A stretch of DNA of 63,214 nucleotides, the filler included, from Vermamoeba vermiformis (taxonomy: Eukaryota): the NCBI GenBank assembly GCA_045837725.1. It is 5 parts of 5 records of this genome, joined end to end, with 100 filler letters (N's around TTAATTAATTAA, not from the genome) between each part and the next. Parts side by side here need not be neighbours in the genome. Positions count along the whole stretch, not along the records: positions 1 to 28,976 come from JBEWZL010000170.1; positions 29,077 to 49,298 come from JBEWZL010000173.1; 3 more parts are not named here. One strand, written 5' to 3'. This document shows positions 27,901 to 39,944 of the stretch, piece by piece. The position numbers and the translations under genes are program-made. How positions within the stretch are numbered: the stretch's first letter is position 1; every line of letters begins with the position of its first letter. The notes beneath the pieces were generated by a model. The model was not told the DNA's origin. It saw only the letters and a program-made list of their open reading frames with translations, and made no database searches.

Positions 27901-28607
27901 CCTCTGAACCTTGACGAGCTCGTAGTCATAAATGTCGTCGGCCACATCCGTCAACCAGCAAATAGGGTAGGTTGATATTGTAGCAAGAGCGCATTGCTTG
28001 CCATCACAAAGCAACTAAGTTAAGGTAAATATCATCCCCTGCAATTGGTCATTGGATCCTTACTTGAAGTACTTCGGTGCCCGTGCTGGCGTAACCTTTA
28101 ACGTAAGATGGAGTTGGGATCACTCTAAAAGAAGTAGGAGCGGGACCACGATACTCAGCATATGGAGCTGAGTAGTATGGATCGGGGTCTTTTTGTGCCT
28201 TCTTGTGGTCTGCGAAGACGTCAGCGCCAAAAATCGGATCTGTTTTCCAATAAAAACTTACCGTCCCATATAATTGAAAGAGGGAGGTTAATAATAGTGG
28301 CCCAGCCAAATGCTTCGTCTTTTAAGCAGGCATTCCACGACCAACAAACTTGGCTTGCTCGGCGCAGATCTTGTGTGTTGAACTTGTTGATGGTAAAAAT
28401 TCTAAATAATATTTCCGGCGGTATGTAATGGGACCACGATGATTCCATACTCTCTTCGTTATTTTGTAGCTTCTTTGGGGTTGTCTTAGCGGCATCCACC
28501 TTGGAAACTGATTTCGTCTTCGATTTCGGAGAAATCAGCTTCTGCTTCTTGGTGGGGCTCTTGTTTTTATCCGAAGCGCTAACTCCTCTCTTTCTTTTTG
28601 GTGGCAT
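24951..28607 (-). CDS. F-box + SNF2-family helicase, copy B (inverted paralog of 6831-10571)
   Basis: MPPKRKR; F-box WSHYIPPEILFRIF; GGVIADEMGLGKT; IIDEGHE; QAVGRAYRQGQ; matching exon layout; ends 7 codons earlier at a TAG. Confidence 0.9.
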
Positions 28608-28792
28608 AGGTTTGTGGACGATAGTTGCAGTTGGTTGTACAAATGTAACGAAAAACAAAATTTTGAAATTCGACTGCAAAAAAAGGCGCCAACATTAACA
28701 ATTGTTGCATTAAGCATTTTAATACTTACATTTATAACAAAGCATAACTTAGCTCTATGCCACGTATTAATATTAACGGATCTCGTTCTGTT

Positions 28793-28976
28793 TCATTCGA
28801 GCTGTTGCAAAACCTCTTCAATTGATGGCCGTTGCTCAGGAGACTTCTGCCAGCACTGTTTCATCAGTGAAGACAGCTTTGTAGGGAACGTTGAAGGCAC
28901 TTGTGGTGTTAATCCTTCGTCACGGATCTGTCTTCCGATGGTGATCGGATCTGCGTTCAAGTGCGGTTCTTGTTGT
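28793..28976 (-). CDS. 3' end of TKL-like kinase (partial), paralog of 3-203
   Basis: Reverse strand reads QQEPHLNADPITIGRQIRDEGLTPQVP..LMKQCWQKSPEQRPSIEEVLQQLE*. Confidence 0.8.
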
Positions 28977-29076
28977 NNNNNNNNNNNNNNNNNNNNNNNN
29001 NNNNNNNNNNNNNNNNNNNNTTAATTAATTAANNNNNNNNNNNNNNNNNNNNNNNNNNNNNNNNNNNNNNNNNNNN
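28977..29076. other. Assembly gap with TTAATTAATTAA linker
   Basis: 44 N + 12-nt linker with stops in all frames + 44 N. Confidence 0.97.
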
Positions 29077-30189
29077 TAATTTTAAATATACATGTAGAGC
29101 TTAGTAAATAGTAATTAACCTTTACCAAGTTGGGCCTGTTACAAAAGTTGAATTAGATAAAATGAGAAATATCTCATTCTGAAAACAAAGTTGCTTCAAA
29201 ATGATCAACTCACCTCAGGCAGTACCACGAATAAGGTTGGTTGCCAAACACTTGAAAAAAAATTTTACATCTGTGATCTGAAAAATTTTACTGCCTGTGC
29301 ACTGACCACACTGAACATATTGCCTGATATTGGTTGTGCAAAATGAAGTCAAGTTGTTTTTACAATGATGTAATGAAATAGCTCGGACTGTTACACCAAA
29401 AGTAAAATGCACTTACAGTCCAGTGTTTCATTTGGATGCTTGTCATCAACTTGTTGTAACAAGGCCTTGATTTGAGAACACTGTGTTGGTAATTGAGCAA
29501 ATAAGTTTACATTCCCAGACCCTCCACCATGGAGCAAATATGTGGGACAACATTTTCCAGCTCCTGGCAAAATTTTCCAAGAAAGAACCCAATGCCATCT
29601 TTGTTTTCAATGGACACAAATTCAACATGAAAGTTGGTGCCCATCAACTGCCTGTCAAGGAGAACTGCCTGGGCTGATATTTTTGGATTTCACTCTGGAT
29701 ATTGGACTGGTTTTGTAGCAAAAATAGTCCAGTCCACAGTCCAGTGGTCCAACTTTTCATCACAACCCAAACAACCAGCACATGCCCCCAAGAATTCATC
29801 AAACAGCCTTGTCTGTCATGACAAAACAAAGTGTGTAAGTACTTGTAAGAAAGAAAATATATCTAAACATTCACAGGTTCCAAATCAAGAGATAGATACA
29901 TGTGTTGACAAAAAAATGCATCCTGAAGTATCAAACATACATACTGCTTTGAGTACAAGTTACTTAACTTATGATGTACAAGCTGATGTATTAAAGTTGT
30001 AGCAATTGCCTTATCTTCAACTCTTTGACATACTGCTTACACAATAAGAGTGAGTAGTTGCTTGAACGAGGTTGCAGACTTAGTTGTACAGTGTTTATAG
30101 ACCACATTAACAAATTTAATTTTCAAATTGTTGAGATACTGGGCCGAGTGATTGTGTCTGTTTGCCTCTCAGAGTTCAACAAACAAAAT

Positions 30190-31640
30190 TGTCTGAATAA
30201 AACATCTTGTCGACCACCTAGTAAGCCATCGTGTGAGTGCTCAAGTACGAGCTTGCGTAATGGCTCAGGAACTACTAGCTGTCAAATTGTCAATTGGGTC
30301 ATTGGGTTATCGAGAAGGCGATACAAGATATCGTTGTCAAGTAGCCATTCATGCTTATACATAAGTGTATAGAATCGTTGAAGATGATCTCTCGCAAAGG
30401 TCTCATGTACAATGAAGTCCTTGATATAGTTGATTGAAGGGTCTTCGTCTTGAGCCTTTACGAGTTGTTCACATGTCCAAGGCCACGGCATAGTCGTTTT
30501 AGACAAAAGTTCTGCAACTGGATAACGCCAGAGAGTGTCAGCGTTAGTGTGCTTGGATCCAGCTCAGAACACGACGTCGTAATTGTAATCCATCAGTGTG
30601 GCTTGCCAGTGGCTAAAGGTATATTATTGCCAACTTGATATGCTCGAGGACAGTTCGTAAATTCTTCAAATGTTCTTTCCAAGTGTGGGAGAATATGATG
30701 ATATCACCCAGATAGCAAAGGCAGATCTCGTATTTGAGTCCTGACAAGATCATGTCCATTGCACGTTGGAATGTCATCAGAGCATTTACGAGGCCAAATG
30801 GCATCACTTTGAATTGATAAAGACTGTGGTGTAATGAAGGCAGTCTTTTCCACGTCATCTGGGTGCATCATGATCTGCCAGTAACCAGAGACGCAGTCCA
30901 TGGTCGAAAACCAGACCATGCCAAAAGAGAATAGAGAGTAAGATCCAAACGAGGCAACGGGTACATGTTACGCACTGTTGTCTTGTTAAGACGCTGATAA
31001 TCGTTGCAAAAACAGATAGAGCCGTCTTTTTTTGCGCACCAAGACCACTGGTGAGGACCAAGGTGAAGCAGAGGGCTCAATGACGCCTGATGCAAGCATC
31101 TCATCAATAGCATCACCCTTGATCTTGCTCAGTGCAGCGAAAAACATAAGGCTTAGGTTGGACACCATGAGCGTGAGGTTCGGCGATGATGCGATGTTTG
31201 ACGTTGGTTTGAATTATGTCGAATGGATTTTGTTCAGAAATCTATCGCGATAATCCAGAAGGACCTTCTTGATCTGGATCAATTGCTTGGAAGTGAGTAA
31301 GACTACTGTTGAAGGAGAATTGAGAAAGAAATTGCTCCTCAGTGTCGGGTGACGGGTTGACAGGTGTCAATGTCAAAATGAGATTCACAAAATTGTAGAG
31401 TAGGGATTGAGCTTGCCAATAACGGTTCCTTTCTTGAGTGTAATAGGAAACATTGTGCTATTGGCCAAATTCAGCATAATAAGACCATCAGAAGAGACAC
31501 TATCGATAGTACACGCTTCGTATCAAAGTTTTGTGTTGTAGATCAGGTGACGGGACCATAATAGCTACAGTATTGGGTCATAACAAGACAACAATGGGAT
31601 TGATATAGGCCGTGAATGGTTTGAATTCCAAATCACAGTC
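30190..31640 (-). mobile_element. Decayed Ty3/Gypsy LTR retrotransposon pol fragment
   Basis: RT motifs [57 protein letters not shown] (from YxDD). RNase H end HTNADTL and integrase start LVVPEPLRKLVLEHSHD. Frameshifts, stops and an internal deletion. Confidence 0.9.
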
Positions 31641-31951
31641 CAACACAACTTGTTGTCGGTTGAAGAAAATAATTTATAATAATAATTTATAATAATTTCA
31701 CACTTTTCCAGTCAGGAGGTCACTTTTCCAGTCACTACCCAATTAGGAAGTGATGTTCTTGTACTCATTCAAGCAAGCAAATAGCAAATACTGCAAGAAC
31801 ACATACATGTATCAATATTTTTAGTAATTATTCAAAAATGTTCGGATCAGGTAACAGTGAACACCACTAAATTGTGTGTTTGTGCCACGTGAAACAGCAG
31901 TATTGACGAGTTATGCAGGCTTTGTTTTTACATCATTTTATCAATTAACTT

Positions 31952-33336
31952 TTACACAATATCAAGAACAGCAGGTTCATTGTTACCTCTCCAAAAGGGC
32001 AGTTTTTGAACTACATTGTCTTGAAACCAGGTTCTAATTAAATAATATGTTGTTATGTACCAGGCCATTGAACGATGCACAATCAAAGTTATAATTCCAT
32101 CCATAATCATAGCACCAAAGGTCACTAGCAACTTTTGGTTGACACTGCGATCCCTGAGAATGTATTCAAAGAGTATTACTTCTAATGCTTGCAAGAATAG
32201 TCCAAGCCAGCTTCCAGAACTCAATATCTGAGTAAGAAGTGCCAAAAACCCAAAATATACTGCAGATTGCGACCATTCATGGCCTTCAGGTGCAGGGAAG
32301 CTGTTTTGTTGATTGTAGTTGATAAACTGGGTCATCAATTTTTCTTCAATTGCAGCAAAAGCCAGCATTGCAGTGATGCCATTCTTCCAGTTGTCTAGCA
32401 TATTGCCTTCAACAATTAGAATTAATTCTTTAATTGAAGTTGATGTGAACAGGACTTACTTTTCTGGGCAGACAATTCATAATAATATGGAGATCCAATT
32501 CTGTAACTTTGTTCCCCACCATCAATCTGAGACCTAACCTTCGAACTACTTTTGCCAAGTCCAGATGTGAGATTTCAGGTCTTTCTGGGACCACTTGTAT
32601 CCACAGATAGGTAAGTACTCCTTTGTCCTTGATTCGCAATTCTACATCACTGATATCATTAGTTAAATTGCATGCAGTCAAATATTGCTTACATGTAGTG
32701 TTCTCTAGTAGGAGCCATTTCTGGAACTACTGGGGTTTGTGTAGTGAAGTCATTGATGATGAAGAACAGCACAAGATTAGCTCCTATAATTGTGATGACA
32801 GTTGAGGCAATGCTATTAGGCCATGCACCGTGGCAGAATGTTCCCAGCAAAATGATCAACATCCTTGAGAGCACAACTTTAGATGGCAGGGTTGCAAACA
32901 ATGAGGCTGCCCAAACAAGACCTCCAAAGTTAAATGCATAAGTATCCCTGTTTAATAGTTAGTTCTTCTCTGAAAAGTCCGATTCCAGTTACTTACCCGA
33001 AATTGACGAAATTGAATGACAATGCTGCCATCAATATGAAGAGAATGTTCTTTGCTTTTTCTCTTTTGGTCACTGGAGTTGTTTTTGAGTAACTGATAGA
33101 GATAGTAGAATGTTTGCCTTACTTTTGAGACCAATTATTATTATTGTAGTCCCTGGGTAGACTAAAGTACTGACAATCCTCCCAGTGGAAAGCTCCTGGA
33201 GGTACACTTTTTGAGGATCCAATCCCAGTTTGGTGCAGGCTTCCTGTACACATTGTTCTGCGGTGCTCCTAACACTATAGCTACGGTCTCCACAAACAAT
33301 AGAGTAACTGTAAAAAGTTAAATTGAAATCAGGCAT
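31952..33336 (-). pseudogene. Degenerate membrane-protein gene (Ubl-like N-terminus, hydrophobic possibly rhomboid-like C-terminus)
   Basis: Broken ORFs 33070-33336, 32689-32901, 32430-32681 and 31952-32401; CpG-poor; several TM-like stretches. Confidence 0.35.
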
Positions 33337-33651
33337 CTATTTTAACTTACAAAGCCATTTCTGTTGAAGATAGTGGTAGTAGTGAAAGTTGTTGATGGTT
33401 AATTTTTAAATAATAATTTAGAAAAAAACAAAAAGAATTCTTTTTAAAAAAAAATTTTTGTTAAATTATCAAATAATTATTTAAATGCAGAGGACTTGGT
33501 AAATAATCGCCTTTTGCATCAAGAATCTCTCTGTTAATGAGCAACATTTGTCTCTTGGTCAAAATTAATAGTGACAATTAATGCACCAATCCCATAATTT
33601 GCTGAAATTTGCAATAACTTTTAATGATTTTTTTGCAACTACTTCAAACAC

Positions 33652-34238
33652 AATGACAGACCACAAAGCAATTGCTCACCTGAAAAACGCAGTTCGAAGT
33701 GGTGCATCAGAAAATCTTAAATTAGACAGGCAAATTGCTGACTTTTATGATAATTATGTTGAGCTCATTTTGGCACATTGGGACTTGGATAATTTGCAGT
33801 GATATTCGATGGGACAATTATGTTGCTATTTTGCACTCAATTTATGAGTTTGATGGTGTTAGCTTTTTTCAACATTTTTTTTGCTCAGTGGAAGCACTTG
33901 CAGCCCAATATTATGGAGAAGATGCAAAGTACCATTATCACTTAACTCCATTAGTTGGTTGCTATCATTGCCTTTATTGGGTTAACAATGTAAGTTAAAC
34001 ATGCAAATTTTACTGTTCTAATTCATTAATCTTTGCATGCAGGGCTGTGGAATTAAATACAAGGGCTTTCAGAGAATAGTTTCAAGGACTGCATCATAGA
34101 AAACAATTTTGCAGTATTTCAATCTTGATAAGGAAACTCATAGACACAACACTACTTACTATTTAACACACAATGGTGCTTTGGCTAAAGAGCTATTGCC
34201 AAATAATTACTATGTTCTCCATAGATTGGAATTCTAAG
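33652..34238 (+). pseudogene. Degenerate hypothetical gene
   Basis: Overlapping broken frames 33581-33802 and 33735-33998, an intron, then stops; CpG-poor. Confidence 0.3.
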
Positions 34239-34366
34239 TTGAATTCCAGTATTTATTAAATTACTATTAAACAATTTTTTGAAAATAAATTCCAGCAGAA
34301 AACACCGTTTCAAATGTTTGAAAAGCTGCTATTCCTGAAGTTAATTGGCTGGCTCAACAATTTACA

Positions 34367-35004
34367 CTACTCTAATTTTTGTTTTTGGGGTTCAATTGGT
34401 TGCATTGACTTCTTTTTACACAAGGTGTAAGTCTTGGAGGGCTGAAGATCTTCAACAGGCCCAACTCCATTTTCCATCAAACAATATTTGGGCGCATCAG
34501 ACGGCTTTTTTTTGAACCATGGCAGAATTTCAGACATTAGTGAAGTTGTTAAAATTTCTCTGAACGTCAGCCATCCATTGGTCACGATGCAGCCCTGCAA
34601 CAACAGATTTAGTACAGCCACACAGTAGCAAATCTTACCATATTGTTCTTAAATGTACCATAGTCGTCAATAATTTCGTAATGAAGAACATCGTCAATCG
34701 TGGCTGATCTGCCAAATCGCTGCTGTGCAAACGAAACTGCTGTCGGGATGAAATTCAAGCGAAAGATAAATCCTTCATCGTGGCCTTCTATTATTTTTAG
34801 AATAGATGCACAATATTGACCAACAGAATATTTCGTTAAATTTCTGGCTTCGCGTTGAGACCAGATGTATTCCAATAATTCCTCGTAAGGTCTTGCAACC
34901 GCTCCACCAACTTCAGTCTGAAGCTCTTTGGACAACCAGGCATAAACAGCTTGTTTTAACAATTTTAATTCGTCGTTTATTGAGGGCGAGTCGTTGTTTT
35001 CCAT
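34367..35004 (-). CDS. Hypothetical two-exon protein
   Basis: ORFs 34609-35004 and 34367-34621 join in frame through a GTAAG..TGCAG intron. Confidence 0.6.
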
Positions 35005-35188
35005 TTGAACGAGAAAAAAACAAAAAAAAACGATAATCCAAATTAATTACTTCGTTGATTTAATGCCACATAATTAATGGAAAATTAGGTACTAGATGCT
35101 CGAAAATACGGCCAAAAATGCAAACGGAATTTGGTTTGGTTTATTTATTTGAGCGAACTGTAAACAACATTAAACAATTTAATTTGTT

Positions 35189-36359
35189 ATGAAGCGTCAA
35201 TGTAGTGAATCAGAATTAAATCAACGAAGCCCACAGAAAATCAAGAGAACTCACGAGCGGATCGAGAGTGCAAATAACTTTCGGTACGTTTATTAGTTAT
35301 AAATACGGTAATTATAATTAACTAAAATAATTAAGCAGCAACAAACCGCCGGTCAAAGACTTTACCGCAGCTTTATTAGTACGTAATTAATCAACGGAAA
35401 GTTAGGACAATTGATTTATCATTCTATTGTTTTAAGAGCTCACAAATAGCGAATATAACGATAAGTGGCACGAGTTACGGTTTTGGCTTCCTTTTTGCAG
35501 ACGATCTGCTCGTTACACCTCGCGCAACATTTCCTGCAGATGCCACTACAGCTGAGCTCTCCTTTTTAGCCTGTCCACGCACTCCTTTTAGTGCCACTGT
35601 GCTTTGTTCGGCCAATCGCTGCACTACTCTCCAACTAACGGCAACACCAACAACGAGCGACCTGCGAAACGGAGATCAAGACCTTCAAACAGCCCAACCA
35701 CTTCATTCCATGCGCGTACGCTACGACGCTGAAATTTCAGAGGGTAATGACGTCAAATTAGTAGCATTAGATGAAAAAGAAGGATTGAAATGGATCGAGG
35801 CCAAACTTGGACGTCCTTGCAGTAGCTTCTTTACAGTTGATACTACCTGCACAACAATTCCATCAGGAACGCCAATATTTAACAAAGAGTATGAAGTGGT
35901 TGGTATCGTTATCAGAACTTCACCAGTTGGTATGTTTCGTAGCGGATCAAATCCACCTAGAAATTTATCGAACTAATTGCTATTGCAGACGGAGTTACTG
36001 CTGGCTATCTTAACGAGCTCGATCTCAAAGTTAAAAGAGAGAAGCAGATCATCGTGCGGCCCGTTTGGATGCTATCAACATCAGCCTGCGAGGCGGTAGT
36101 GCAGGATCTGGTCAAACAACCGGACAGCTGGCGAAAGATTGCTGCAGAATTATATATCGATCCACAGAATATTGTTAATCAGGCAGGCGACGATGAACTC
36201 GCGCGATGTCGGATGCTGCTTGAAAGATTGGACAGCGAGCCAGTGTTAAAGCTGAAGAGTGCCCTCAATGAAATTGGTCTGCATCAAGCCGCGCAACAAT
36301 TAGGGTCGACTGAGTTCACGCACGATCCTTTCAGGAGCCGCTTAAAGCTCAATCCGTAA
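35189..36359 (+). CDS. Inactive trypsin-like (Trypsin_2) domain fused to C-terminal Death-like domain
   Basis: Four exons splice in frame. Trypsin-fold motifs SYGFGFLFADDLLVTPRATF and IPSGTPIFNKEYEVVGIV; then SWRKIAAELYID..DELARCRMLLERL..VLKLKSALNEIGLHQAAQQL. Confidence 0.7.
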
Positions 36360-37513
36360 AGCCATCTGGTCTCTCTCGCATTTTATAAGAGCTTAGAACT
36401 GTATAGTGTATTATATATTAATGACATTAAGTATATAAATGATAGTTATATCGTATATTGCGTAAATATCAACCTTGGTAAGAATAATCAAATTCAATTA
36501 TAATTTAATTTTAAATAATAGTCTCAGTCCTGATGCTTCGTTTTATCGCTATAATGTAATACCTACGTATAATTCATCCTGTACAAAATTCAAATTAATT
36601 TTAGAGTGGCTCCAACGACGACGAAAGTGCAACGGTAACTTGATGCGACTTTGACGAACCAACGCGGCTTCTTGAAAGTCTCTCGTAGCGTGTTATACAA
36701 ACTATGGTTCGTGCGAAATACAATGTATACAATTGTGGTGTTCAAATTGTTGGTCTAATTGCAAGGCAACACCAAAGTTTAGCGATCTAAAAAATTTTCA
36801 GGTTCGTTGTTATTAACGCTTTGTCTGATGCACCACAACAAATATTATTGTATTTGTTTATACATATCAGTAGTACGTCATTTGTGGACCTAAGAAATGA
36901 AATGAGGAACTTTAACTAGTTAAAGCAGAGCAAATCTGGGTCGTGGGTATGTTCCGACAAATTAATGTTATTATTATTTTAATAATCGCGCATAATATTA
37001 TGATAATTATTACACAGCTCTTAAAATTATTTCTAACAATTATTGGTTGATCAATTTTAATTCTGATTTTTTATCATCCACGAGCATTATTGTTAGCCCG
37101 ATTCAATAATATTATTTCCTACTGTAATCTTGATTGTTCTTCCCAATGAAAAATGCAAATTGATTCTGTTATATTTTTCATATTGCACTATGGCTGCAAC
37201 GGTTATGCGCCGTTGTGGGGCGTGATCCAAAAAACACGCTCAACTTGCAGATTATTAACGTAGTTGAACAATGTCGTTGATGAAATACTAATATCATTGC
37301 AAATGTTGATTAAATAATACTATTGCGTCGCTCTAAACAAACGCCCGTTTAAATAGAGAGTTCTATCATAAATTTCAACATCCGCTCGAAAAATAAGCGA
37401 AATTTTTAGAGTCGTGCTTCTTCATGCCACACTCGAGTTGCTAATTATTTGTTAAGCGATATTGTCGAACACAATAACACTTCAGCGAAGTTATATTCAA
37501 AACAGACTTCGAG

Positions 37514-39944
37514 ATGCGAAGCAAAACAAAAATTCTGTTGTTTTTCATACTGCTATGCACGCCTTACTTGGCATATACAGCGCGAATATCTATGCATCCT
37601 GCTTGCCATCCACAAAAGCGAGGGCTGTTAAATCAAATGACGTAAGCAGATGCACTTTCAACACTACATCCACGTACTAACTCTTGCTTCAAACAATAGT
37701 TGTGCCACAGAAAATGATATAGAACACTCTAAAAAAATAGGCGCGCAATTTATGCACGCTAAAATCATGCAAACAGAACATAAAAGGTCGAGTTCAGTCA
37801 AGCTGGATCCGATCATATTGGTGCCAGGTAACTATCCGCTTTCTTGATATAAATATCGTCACAATATAATATTATTTATATAGGTTTGAGCGGTACCGCG
37901 TTAGAGGCAAAATTGGAAGGAGTTCAAGGACCGCACTGGATTTGTCGTTCAAATTCTGACTGGTACCGAGCTTGGATCAGCTTTTCGGAGCTAGTGCCCG
38001 AAGTAGTGGTAAGAAATCAATAATGCAATATGAAAATATTTACTAAGCCCGAGCTCCTGTGCTCCAACCAAATAGGCCGAAAAGTTTTTTTCAAACTTGT
38101 TCATTCATTTCGATTTTTCTAATTATTTGAAGCGACGAGACATTGCTAGTATTTTTTGCAATATCATTCCTAATTTGGTTATTTAGGACTGTTGGTTCCA
38201 TACTTTGGATGTATTGTACGACGAAAAGAACAACACGTACTCGAACAACAAAGGCGTGTCAATGAGACCGATGGATTGGGGCGGTGTCAAGGTACGCTTA
38301 ATGACCGCGATACTGCATTTGACACGTGTCAAACAACTGCTTTAAGGGACCCTTAAACTGGTCGATTAGATTCGAGACAACAAATTCGGATCAGATCTGG
38401 TTTATTACTCTTGGAAATTGAAATACTAAAATTAACGTACCAATGTGATATGATATCACATAATGATCTAATCCTTCATTTCTTTTTCAGGGCGTCGACT
38501 ACTTGGATCGCATCTTCGGTTACCCGGTCTGGTTCTCAGCCTATTTTGCACCGTTGATTGCCGCTCTTGAAGGCGCTGGTTACGTCGCTGGCGAAAACTT
38601 GCGCGCAGCTCCGGTAAGTGCCCAAATATAGCACTATCTGCGTCACTGACAGTCATTAACGGTGTTTTTGTTAGTACGACTGGCGCTTGCCCAATCATCA
38701 CGACGACTTCGTGCCCAAATTGAAAGCACTGATTGAAGAGACCTATTATAGCAATGGCAATGCTGCCGTGCACTTGTTGTGCCATTCCATGGGCAACTTG
38801 CGCTTGTTGGACTTTTTGGATGCACAAGACAAGGAATGGAAGGTGCGATGTCGAAAAATATTTTTCCGCGAGATCTTATTATTCAATAAGCCACGTGCTC
38901 GAGTGAATTTACGTCGGGATATTTAGCGAACGTAGTCTAATTGACTCGTATTTTAGGACAAATTCGTCGCGTCTTGGATCGCAGTATCAGCGCCGTGGTC
39001 AGGCAGTCCAAAAGCCATTAGAACTATTGTAAGTTCGATGATTCAAATTATAATCCTAATTCCAGTCCATTACTTACTAATATTTTAATAGATCTCAGGA
39101 GATAACTACGACTTTAAGTTTGGCTCGGTGCCCATTATCAATCAGATCAAGATCCGAGATTTAGCTCGTACATCAGGGTCAGTATTTAATGCTCCGATTA
39201 ATGATTTTTAGCGAAATGCAATGACTCACCTGTCAGTCTACAGAGGTATAATTAGTCTCGTGCCATCCGAGCTGTACTACGAGAACACGACCATTGTTTA
39301 CACAGACAAGCGCAAGTATACTGTAGGCGATTTTGAAGAGCTGTTTAGTGACATTGGTTCTAATGTAAGCAACGATAATTAATCATTGGCCCTTAAATTC
39401 GATTTTGAAAATTTCCTCGCTGAATATCTTTTTTTTGCACCAGATCACAACGAGTATTTACGAACAAGTCAGACCTTCAAAGTACTTGGCCGACAAAGCG
39501 CCCGAAGTGACCGTCCATTGTTTGTTTGGTACGTCTAATCTAATTCTGTATATTTCCGTAAAAGGTCTCGTAGGGTTTTGACCGTGTGCATCCAGGAACG
39601 AATTATCCAACCGAATTTATGTACTATTACAAGAACGGTTGGGACAAGGACCCGGAGATTTTTTACACCGAGGACGGCGATGGAACGGTACGTGCACGCA
39701 TTAATTGGTGATTTCGCAATGTTTGGTGCAACAACATTAAAACCTTCGGAGATTTTTCAGTGAACGGCTGGCTGATTCATTAAAACTTTAGGTACCAGCC
39801 AGTAGCTTGACTAAGTGCAAGCGGTTTCGAGAAGGCCAATCAGAGCCCGTCTACATTGAGACTTTCAATTTGGCCGAACACACGAATATTTTGACCGACG
39901 AAGATATTTTCACTTATGTATTAAACGTGACAACGCACTATTAA
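37514..39944 (+). CDS. LCAT / group XV lysosomal phospholipase A2-like
   Basis: Signal peptide; PIILVPGLSGTALEAKL, LRAAPYDWR, HSMG nucleophile motif, APWSGS, DGDGTVP, AEH. Confidence 0.92.

Noticed and set aside
29021-29032. TTAATTAATTAA palindrome recurring four times
   Set aside because: Always centred in 100-nt N gaps; an artificial scaffolding linker with stops in all frames, not biology.
29480-29700. HFP..RTQCHLC..WCP..C peptide resembling a piggyBac Cys-rich tail
   Set aside because: Spacing is imperfect, the frame is broken, and no transposase core or TTAA-flanked TIR is visible.
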